The notes beneath the pieces are model-generated. The model had not been told where the DNA came from, did not search any database, and saw nothing but the letters and a program-made list of their open reading frames with translations. A stretch of 58,903 nucleotides of DNA, the filler included. It is 8 parts of 8 records of this genome, joined end to end, with 100 filler letters (N's around TTAATTAATTAA, not from the genome) between each part and the next. Parts side by side here need not be neighbours in the genome. Positions count along the whole stretch, not along the records: positions 14,381 to 22,459 come from SRR31147125_790; positions 22,560 to 27,721 come from SRR31147125_795; positions 27,822 to 34,131 come from SRR31147125_799; 5 more parts are not named here. One strand, given 5' to 3'. Position 1 is the stretch's first letter. Each line of letters begins with the position of its first letter. Below, piece after piece: positions 20,914 through 27,837 of the stretch. The translations under genes and the position numbers were made by a program.

Positions 20914-21513
20914 TTATTCTTTAGCGTGGATAGTTTGAAGTGTCTGGTTCACCATACGCTGGTTACGTATGCGGGTATACTGCCAGATGGTCTTGTCCAT
21001 TATCGCCTGGCGTTCTTTAAATTCCTTTTCCATTTCGCGCAATAAGGATAACCTTTCAGCATCGCTCATTTTGCTTTTTGGTTTCAGGATAATATCCAAC
21101 ATCGAAACAATACTATTTGTCCCGGTAATCATTTTTGTCAGCGAGCTGTGAAGTGCGTTAACTTCTGTCAAAGTGTACAAATCAGAAGTTTCCAATTCCT
21201 CAATAATTTCTGTTGTTGTGGATATTAAACCTTGTTGTTTTTCAATCATATAATCAAGCCGGGAAAGATTTGAAATAAAGGTATTGACCGTTGTAAGCCG
21301 GTCATAATTCTTTTGTAGAAAATCAGTTGACTTGCTTAGCTCCTGGGTATGTTTATAAGCTTCGCTAAGTTGCTTAACCGTGTTGCTTGTCATCGCTGTA
21401 CGCTCCGCGGCTTCTTTTGCTGCGTAAGTTGCCAAAACAGGGTCATTAACAACCATCTGGCAAAAACATAACAAGGGAAAAAACAGGATTGCTGTAAGGA
21501 TGATTTTTTTCAT
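20914..21513 (-). CDS. Secreted helical conjugation protein (DUF4141/VirB5-like)
   Basis: Signal peptide, 'QMVVNDP' and 'KMSDAERL', as seen in Bacteroidota DUF4141/TraI-like proteins. Confidence 0.62.
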   Translation of the reverse strand: MKKIILTAILFFPLLCFCQMVVNDPVLATYAAKEAAERTAMTSNTVKQLSEAYKHTQELSKSTDFLQKNYDRLTTVNTFISNLSRLDYMIEKQQGLISTTTEIIEELETSDLYTLTEVNALHSSLTKMITGTNSIVSMLDIILKPKSKMSDAERLSLLREMEKEFKERQAIMDKTIWQYTRIRNQRMVNQTLQTIHAKE

Positions 21514-22457
21514 AGCGATGATAGGTTTTGGTCATGGTCAATAAGTTGTAACACCTGGTCAACAGATAGTTTTTTGCCTATGATATTTTTATCCCGGTCA
21601 AGTAAATAAAGGGTAGGTGTCATTTGCACCCCGTAAAGGGTGTGGTAATTGGAACTGTCGTGAATATCCATTACATGTGTCCAGTCAGATATTGAATTTT
21701 CCCCGATATAACTTTTCCATTTATCCTCTTCCTTTTCCGTATTCAGTGCCACAATATCAACGCCTTTCAGAAAAAGTTCCGTTGATTTTTCGGCAATGCT
21801 CCAGACCATTTCTTTACAGCTGGAGCAGGAAATATCATAAAACAAAAGCAGGGTATAATCACCGCTTTGTTCATACAGGTTAAAAGGTGTACCGTCAAGC
21901 TTTGTCAATTCAAGGTTATGCCCTTTTTCTCCCACAAGGCAGTATTTATTCAACAGGTATTGTTCCCGGATGGTCTTTTTTGTTTCCGCATCGATCCACG
22001 GTGTGGATTGGTCAACAAAATAGTTTTCAGCAAGCCAGACAAAAGCTTTTTCCATGCCCATTACTTTATTTTCAAAAGTGTAAGGCAGCAAAAACGAAAG
22101 TGCAGCATGTTTCACCGTATCGGCCATCGGTCTTGTCATAAACTCAGTTATGGCACGAATAACCGTATCCGGCTGTTGAACAAACATGCGCTTAAAATAG
22201 TACTGCATTTTTCCAGTTACCAACGGACTGTTCAGCATTTCCGGAAGGGTTAAATCCGTGTTGTCCCAAAAATGGCGACGGGAATAATAAAATGTTGTTG
22301 TATCATTTTTCAGGTGGCTCGCATCAATCGGTTTTAGGGCCTGCATGTAAGCTCTGAAAAACGGGTCTTTTACCTGTGAAAGTTTTTCTGTCAAAAAAGC
22401 CTGTTTTTGTTCCGGGCTTTTTAATAACAGGTAATTTTGAAACAGGAATTGTCTGTA
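21510..22457 (-). CDS. DUF5106-like + TlpA/AhpC-TSA thioredoxin-fold protein, 5'-truncated
   Basis: 'HFWDN', CxxC motif 'CSSC' and 'YGVQMTPTLYLLD'; the frame is open to the contig edge. Confidence 0.78.
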   Translation of the reverse strand, partial: YRQFLFQNYLLLKSPEQKQAFLTEKLSQVKDPFFRAYMQALKPIDASHLKNDTTTFYYSRRHFWDNTDLTLPEMLNSPLVTGKMQYYFKRMFVQQPDTVIRAITEFMTRPMADTVKHAALSFLLPYTFENKVMGMEKAFVWLAENYFVDQSTPWIDAETKKTIREQYLLNKYCLVGEKGHNLELTKLDGTPFNLYEQSGDYTLLLFYDISCSSCKEMVWSIAEKSTELFLKGVDIVALNTEKEEDKWKSYIGENSISDWTHVMDIHDSSNYHTLYGVQMTPTLYLLDRDKNIIGKKLSVDQVLQLIDHDQNLSSL

Positions 22458-22459
22458 CT

Positions 22460-22559
22460 NNNNNNNNNNNNNNNNNNNNNNNNNNNNNNNNNNNNNNNNN
22501 NNNTTAATTAATTAANNNNNNNNNNNNNNNNNNNNNNNNNNNNNNNNNNNNNNNNNNNN
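22460..22559. other. Artificial contig spacer
   Basis: N-run + TTAATTAATTAA + N-run. Confidence 0.99.
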
Positions 22560-22627
22560 ATTTATTTCCCGCACCGGGAGGATTCCCGGCGCGATCAGTG
22601 CGAGGAAATCCAGTGGGCAATGAAAAA

Positions 22628-22791
22628 AACCTTTCGGAGGTCTCTTGAATTGGAGAAATTTTTAAAATTGTCGTCTTGTCTGGATTAGGAGACTATTATT
22701 TTGGCTGACCTCCGGGAGGTTGCTGCTGTTTTTGTCCTGAGGGGATAAATATTGCACTTTATTTTACGTTCGGTATGGATTGCAGGATGAT
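22628..22791 (+). repeat. Composite dispersed repeat: family B (22628-22721) + family A (22741-22791)
   Basis: AACCTTTCGGAGGTC...GACCTCCGGGAGGTT, then GGGGATAAATAT...TTATTTTACGTTCGGTATGGAT. Homologous to the copies at 24702, 25872 and 26211. Confidence 0.85.
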
Positions 22792-22819
22792 CAGAATTTA
22801 TAAAAATCCTCCTTTTTTT

Positions 22820-24367
22820 TCACTCGTTTGGATTTGATAATCTGCCGAGAAAAAGAATTGAATCTGTCCGTCTGTCCCGGATCAAAAAGATGAATGACCG
22901 GTCAGCATTAAATGTGGGCACAAATGGCATGGTTGGCTGCAGACTCGCGGTTGCAGCCATGCTTATAGCGGTAGCCGCAGCCGCTTCAGTACCTTTTTCA
23001 TTGACTTCGACAAAAGCCTTATGCAGTACCTGATTGATGTACAGTTGTTGCATGGGGTCGAACATAGTCGTCATGCCGGAGAATCGGGCACCCTTTGGCT
23101 TGAGCGGGTCTACAAAAGGTCGCACCATGCCCATTGCTTGTAGCGTTTTTTTCATCTGGTAATAGGTGTTTAGTTTAAACTTTGGCAAGTAGACGTTAAC
23201 TTTGCGTTTTTCTGACTTTTTCAGCCAATAATCGATGTTTTGAGAGGTTAATTTTTGTTCAATGTTTGGGAGGCCATCATACCTGTTCGGTGCGATAACC
23301 ACCATTACCAGCTCATTGCCTTTATAGGGCAGTTCTACAATGGCAAAGCCGTCTTTGTCAGGATATAGATCCTTTTTTTGGTCGACACGGATCATGTGAG
23401 GTGTTTTATAAAAGGAACCGTCAGCATTAAACGCTGCGTATCGGGTTGAATTGCCGGATCGGCAGAACATGAGTGATGCATTGACTGTGGAGCCACTATT
23501 GAGAAAGAACTCTCTTTCCCGGGTGTCTGTTTCATCAAATGGAGTGTCCCATTCGCCCTTGAAATAAATGGCATTTGTTAAAATTAAGCGGGTAGCGTCA
23601 TCAACGGCATATTTGGGAATCAGATTTGTGATTCTCTTTTTGGTTTGATCTTTAACCCAGTTATTTATTCGCTGGCGCTCTACCTCATAGTTATGTTTAA
23701 AATCGACCGGAAATAAACCGCCGGTTTTATAATACTTGTTGATTGTATCCAAATAGGACTGTTTGAGTGGATAGGATTTCTCCGCCCACAATGCGTTGGC
23801 GATATGAATTTCATATTGGTCAAGTTGCCCTAAAAGTTCTTCCAACTTTGTTCTAACTTTATTCTTTTCATTTTGCAGTGTCTGGTATTCTTTTATCTTT
23901 TCTGAACGTCGCACTTTAAGTTGCTGTTGCAAAGCCTTATTTTTTGCACGCAATGTGGCGACATTTGAGCGAATTTCATCGGTTTCCTGCCGGGATCTCC
24001 CCGATAGTTTTTTATTGATGGCTGCCATGGAATTGTGGATAAGCGAGAGGTTCCATGGATTCAATTGACCGTTCTGATCACTCTGACGTGTAGACCGGGG
24101 GAATCGCAGGACGTTTCCCATTTCAAGTGAGGTTTCACCACGGGCTCCATCAGCGGCCATGACGAGTGCCGTGGTGATGGAATATGGTGAAAAGAACATA
24201 TTGCCGTCATTTTCAGAAGCTAACTGATTGTAGAGATCCAATGAAAAAGCTGTATTTGCAGCAACAACATCTTTTGCCGGAGTTCCTTTTTGTTCTTCGG
24301 CACCAATACCAGAGGTCAAAAGCAGTATAGCTATTGCGATAAAAGATACTCGAATAGAAATTTTCAT
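22820..24367 (-). CDS. Secreted serpin (serine protease inhibitor family) with internal insertions
   Basis: Signal peptide; 'NMFFSPYSI', 'IANALW', 'INNWV..QT', 'LILTNAIYFKGEW', 'ELPYKG', 'LPKF', hinge 'EKGTEAAAAT' and 'FNADRSFIFLIRD..T.SILFLG'. Confidence 0.95.
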   Translation of the reverse strand: MKISIRVSFIAIAILLLTSGIGAEEQKGTPAKDVVAANTAFSLDLYNQLASENDGNMFFSPYSITTALVMAADGARGETSLEMGNVLRFPRSTRQSDQNGQLNPWNLSLIHNSMAAINKKLSGRSRQETDEIRSNVATLRAKNKALQQQLKVRRSEKIKEYQTLQNEKNKVRTKLEELLGQLDQYEIHIANALWAEKSYPLKQSYLDTINKYYKTGGLFPVDFKHNYEVERQRINNWVKDQTKKRITNLIPKYAVDDATRLILTNAIYFKGEWDTPFDETDTREREFFLNSGSTVNASLMFCRSGNSTRYAAFNADGSFYKTPHMIRVDQKKDLYPDKDGFAIVELPYKGNELVMVVIAPNRYDGLPNIEQKLTSQNIDYWLKKSEKRKVNVYLPKFKLNTYYQMKKTLQAMGMVRPFVDPLKPKGARFSGMTTMFDPMQQLYINQVLHKAFVEVNEKGTEAAAATAISMAATASLQPTMPFVPTFNADRSFIFLIRDRRTDSILFLGRLSNPNE

Positions 24368-24525
24368 TTTTCACTCCAATAGCATTTTATTAAAATCGTT
24401 GACCTTTGTTATCTAAAATCCATCCTATTGTAAACACATAAAAGTTTACAGGTTGATTTGGTGGTTAATTGGATTCTTATACTTATGTTTGTCCTGAATA
24501 TACAATAATCACGGGTATTAACAAA

Positions 24526-24570
24526 AATGGCACACCACAGTCTTTAATTGAAAAACTCTGGTGTGCCATT
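24526..24570 (-). terminator. Terminator-like hairpin about 160 bp upstream of the serpin start
   Basis: AATGGCACACCA...TGGTGTGCCATT 12-bp stem, followed by a T-run on the minus strand. Confidence 0.5.
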
Positions 24571-24701
24571 AAAAAAACATTTTCATGAGGTATCCCATAA
24601 CCGAACCTCAATTTAAATTGTGAATACTTTATGTTAAAAAAAGGAGTATTAAATCGCAAGACATATTTTAGATATAGTGAAAATAACGATAACCAGGCAA
24701 G

Positions 24702-24832
24702 TCCTCCCGGCGGTCTTTTGCCTGGGCTGACCTACGGAGGTTTGGTGCTGTTTATTAAAGTTCGGAGGGGATAAATATCCGAATTTATTTAGCGTCCGGC
24801 ATGGATATACCGGTCGATCGGCTTAACGCAGG
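24702..24832 (+). repeat. Composite dispersed repeat: shortened family B + family A (24767-24818)
   Basis: CCTCCCGGCGGTC...GACCTACGGAGGTTT, then GGGGATAAATATCCGAATTTATTTAGCGTCCGGCATGGATATACCGGTCGAT. Confidence 0.85.
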
Positions 24833-24840
24833 TTAATAGT

Positions 24841-24902
24841 TGTAAAAAATTTTTTACATTATGTAAAAAATACTTTACAAGTGTAATGTTATTTTGTATA
24901 TT
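24841..24902 (+). promoter_or_regulatory. Two tandem palindromic operators overlapping a promoter
   Basis: TGTAAAAAATTTTTTACA (24841) and TGTAAAAAATACTTTACA (24862); TTTACA-17 bp-TATATT. Confidence 0.6.
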
Positions 24903-24949
24903 TGTAACATATCATTTATATCAGTGCCTAAAGGGAATATTATATAAAA

Positions 24950-25150
24950 CCTGGCAACAATAAACGACGACGTCGTTTTGATAATAATGAAATGTCACAT
25001 CAACATCTCGCTGATGCATTTGGTGTGACAGGATAGACCATTTTATTCTATTGAAATAAGTAAATTTGTACAATCAAGTTTTAAAATTAGAATAGCTAAA
25101 TATTTCAATAAAATTGTCAAGATATTTTTTACTTGATTGAAAATGAGTAA
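24950..25150 (+). pseudogene. Degraded XRE/Cro-family HTH regulator
   Basis: Translated remnants 'NNKRRRRFDNNEMSHQHLADAFGVTG*TIL', 'SIEISKFV', 'IRIAKYFNK' and 'DIFYLIENE*' with a stop and several frameshifts; no intact start. Confidence 0.65.
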
Positions 25151-25197
25151 TCTTTTAAAACTTAAATTACCTAAAATAGTAAACCAGGGAGGAAAAA

Positions 25198-25695
25198 ATG
25201 CAAACTTTATATCATAATTTTATCGGCCCTTTTATTTTATTTTCCTTACTTGTTTCAATTGTATTGGCTTTTATTTTGCCCAAGACAAAACTATCAAAAT
25301 ATTTTAAAATAGGTCAAACATATTTTTTAATTACAAATATCTGCGGAATTATAGTTGGTGCAATGGGAATTATCGCCATATTTTTATTAGCACCAGATAT
25401 GGTAAAAAACTATTTATGGAAAATATTAATTATGCCGTATGTTTATTTACAGATATATACGCTATATGTTATGATTGCAAAAAATACATCAAATATATAC
25501 GACGAGAAACAAGATTTTAATATGACAACGGGTGCGGCAATCGCTTTTGGTGCTATGATCGTTATAATGGGATTTATAATTACGCCGCTTGTTCAAAATC
25601 AAATATTAGAAATAAAACTATTATTTCCCTTTTTTGTAAATGCATCAATTTTAGTATATTCAATTACAACTCTATTTTTGTTTAAAAAAGTATAA
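25198..25695 (+). CDS. Membrane protein (DUF2178/DUF3796-like), the usual partner of small XRE regulators
   Basis: RBS GGAGG, about five hydrophobic helices and the 'IYDEKQ' motif. Confidence 0.6.
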   Translation: MQTLYHNFIGPFILFSLLVSIVLAFILPKTKLSKYFKIGQTYFLITNICGIIVGAMGIIAIFLLAPDMVKNYLWKILIMPYVYLQIYTLYVMIAKNTSNIYDEKQDFNMTTGAAIAFGAMIVIMGFIITPLVQNQILEIKLLFPFFVNASILVYSITTLFLFKKV

Positions 25696-25871
25696 ACATG
25701 GGTTTTATAAAAACACTCATGACGATCCTGACATTTAGGATTTGATCCTTAATGGATCGCATGAATAGTGCAGACCTATAGCAGGAAAAGCCTGTTACAA
25801 ATTTTAACAAAACCTGCCTCTTTCAAGTTCCATTGCGAATAAAATCCCGATTGGACGAAGCCGCTGGGAAA

Positions 25872-26028
25872 AACCTTCTGCAGGTCTCTCGTTTTGAAGA
25901 TATTTAAAAAAGTGTAGTCTTGCCTGAATGCAGGAGGTTGTTGTTTTGACTGACCTCCGGTGGGGATAAATATCCCAATTCATTTAGCGTCCGGCATGGA
26001 TATACCGGACGATCGGGTTAAACGCAGG
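25872..26028 (+). repeat. Composite dispersed repeat: family B (25872-25960, right end clipped) + family A (25962-26013)
   Basis: AACCTTCTGCAGGTC...GACCTCCGG, then GGGGATAAATATCCCAATTCATTTAGCGTCCGGCATGGATATACCGGACGAT. Confidence 0.85.
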
Positions 26029-26210
26029 TCCGTGGTTGTATTTAATCCGGTTGGGGCAGGGGCCTTGTTTCAACTTGAGCCCCGGGTTGAAAACCCATGG
26101 CGCGCGGAGTTTTTCGGTTTTGGCGCTTCGACTGCGCTCAGCGTGACTTTTTTGTTTGGCTTGTTAATGTGATGATTTGTCATTCCGTGGGGACAGTATG
26201 CAGTCGGTAT

Positions 26211-26373
26211 GGGGATAAATATTCGAATTTATTTTACGTTCGGCATAGATATACCGGGCGATATTGGTGATTAGATAAAACCTCCCGGAGGTCTATTGTT
26301 TTGGAGATGTTTTAAAATAGCTCGTTTTGTCTGGATTTAAGAAATTGTAATTTTGCTCGACCTCCGGGAGGTT
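26211..26373 (+). repeat. Composite dispersed repeat: family A (26211-26262) + family B (26279-26373)
   Basis: GGGGATAAATATTCGAATTTATTTTACGTTCGGCATAGATATACCGGGCGAT, then AACCTCCCGGAGGTC...GACCTCCGGGAGGTT (perfect 15-bp terminal inverted repeats). Confidence 0.88.
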
Positions 26374-26388
26374 GCTGCCAATAAAATT

Positions 26389-27312
26389 TTACTCTATTGC
26401 AAAATGTTTCGATACTCTTAACGCTCTTAGTGTGTTCCAGCGACTCGGTTCCCCTGGTTTTTCCATATCAAAATGCGTTTGGCCCGGATGTTTTGCCTGA
26501 AGTGGCCATTTTTCATTCCTGCGTTTTTTTAGCAGAACATTTATGGCATCATCCATTCTGTTGTCATAGTCCATGCCTGCAAAGTGGAAATAATCCAGGG
26601 CTCTAAGGATATCATATCGCCAGCGGGAGGGGTAGGAGAGTTTTAACATTTTTTTATCTATGATTTTTCCTGTTTTATCGGATTTAAATAATTTGTGTTG
26701 CAGGATAAATTCCCTGGAATCCTGTTCCGCTTTTTGCAGTTCACTCGATCTGTATTGATAGCCGTTTTTTGAGTATTCCAGGATACCTTCGGCAACAGAA
26801 AGCGTTGTATGCAGTGAGCTATGTATGGCTCCTTTTGTGTTGGAAAAACAATTAAATCCGCCATCCTTCATTTGCTGTGAAAGTAGAAAGTCAACCAGTG
26901 ATTTTAATTCCGTCTCATTTACTCTAAAATATGACGCGTAATTAAGAACCATTCCATTAACACATACGTCACTTTCTTTAATGGTCTTGGCTGGATTTAT
27001 ACCACCATCCTGTTCCTTTTGATTCCTAAAAATCAGAGATAATGTGTGTTTTATCTTTGGATTGTCTGGTGAAATACCCAGGTTTTTCAAATCCAGTAGT
27101 GTATAATGTGTCGATGTCCACTTTGGCTGATAAAATGAGCGTCCCCAATGTCCATTTTCCAATCTACGGGAAAGAAAATCTGCGCCCCATCCCTCGGTTT
27201 CAATTCTTTGTTTAAGATGATGTTGGTCGGAATCCAGCAAATCACGATGGACCTGATACTGGATGGAGACATCCCCTTGTAAAAGCCATTTTATTATGTC
27301 ATTGTCTATCAT
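26389..27312 (-). CDS. Conserved hypothetical protein, prenyltransferase/squalene-cyclase-like alpha/alpha fold
   Basis: 'WLLQGD.SI.YQV.RDLL', 'Y.PKWTSTHYTL', QW-like 'QMKDGGFNC', 'RWRYDILRALD' and 'SRWNTLRALR'. Confidence 0.7.
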   Translation of the reverse strand: MIDNDIIKWLLQGDVSIQYQVHRDLLDSDQHHLKQRIETEGWGADFLSRRLENGHWGRSFYQPKWTSTHYTLLDLKNLGISPDNPKIKHTLSLIFRNQKEQDGGINPAKTIKESDVCVNGMVLNYASYFRVNETELKSLVDFLLSQQMKDGGFNCFSNTKGAIHSSLHTTLSVAEGILEYSKNGYQYRSSELQKAEQDSREFILQHKLFKSDKTGKIIDKKMLKLSYPSRWRYDILRALDYFHFAGMDYDNRMDDAINVLLKKRRNEKWPLQAKHPGQTHFDMEKPGEPSRWNTLRALRVSKHFAIE

Positions 27313-27429
27313 TTTGAGACAAACCGGATTGGTTATATTGGTTTTTGTATAATATGGTAAAAAAAGATGATTTAAATCGCAAGCTGTTTGTTTGTAAAGT
27401 GCACGTTGGCATGGAGGATTTTATCTTAC

Positions 27430-27494
27430 CACGAAAGGCACGAAAAGCACGAAAAGAACAAAGAAACCACGGAAGACACAGAAAACACGGAAAA
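27430..27494 (+). repeat. Two triplets of a 9-bp tandem unit (CACRRAARR)
   Basis: CACGAAAGG CACGAAAAG CACGAAAAG ... CACGGAAGA CACAGAAAA CACGGAAAA. Confidence 0.8.
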
Positions 27495-27521
27495 AACTTT
27501 TATGGGATTGAAACCATATCA

Positions 27522-27649
27522 GGGGAATAGATATCCTAATTTATTTTGTGCCCGGCATGGAAGATCCAGTCGGCAGTTGGCAGTAGGCAGTGTGAATGGG
27601 GATAAATATCCCATATTATTATTCGCCCGGCATGAGTATACCGGGCGAT
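27522..27649 (+). repeat. Two family A copies (27522, 27598) separated by a CAGTNGG heptamer array (27567-27591)
   Basis: GGGGAATAGATATCCTAATTTATTTTGTGCCCGGCATGG; CAGTCGG CAGTTGG CAGTAGG CAGT; GGGGATAAATATCCCATATTATTATTCGCCCGGCATGAGTATACCGGGCGAT. Confidence 0.82.
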
Positions 27650-27721
27650 TAGTTGGTGGTTTGTTGTGTTGTTGACGAAGCATAGCTTCTGTTGCCAGTT
27701 TCGTCCCAAATTTCAATTTGG

Positions 27722-27821
27722 NNNNNNNNNNNNNNNNNNNNNNNNNNNNNNNNNNNNNNNNNNNNTTAATTAATTAANNNNNNNNNNNNNNNNNNNNNNN
27801 NNNNNNNNNNNNNNNNNNNNN
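27722..27821. other. Artificial contig spacer
   Basis: N-run + TTAATTAATTAA + N-run. Confidence 0.99.
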
Positions 27822-27837
27822 AAAAATCCGAGATAAA

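Larger units (their letters stand above)
14381..22459 (-). mobile_element. Fragment of a Bacteroidota integrative conjugative element or plasmid (T4SS mating-pair module)
   Basis: Co-oriented VirB5/B6/B2/B3/B4/B8/B10/B9-like genes. No relaxase, coupling protein or integrase is present on the contig. Confidence 0.75.

Noticed and set aside
25960-27716. Small ORFs 25960-26172, 27345-27530, 27388-27675 and 27519-27716
   Set aside because: They are translations of the repeat mosaics and lack convincing RBS or protein features.
22560-27721. Contig 4 repeats as a CRISPR array or an integron attC array
   Set aside because: Spacing is irregular (tens of bp to 2 kb), the copies are divergent, there is no cas or intI gene, no attC core sites are seen, and the genes lie on both strands.
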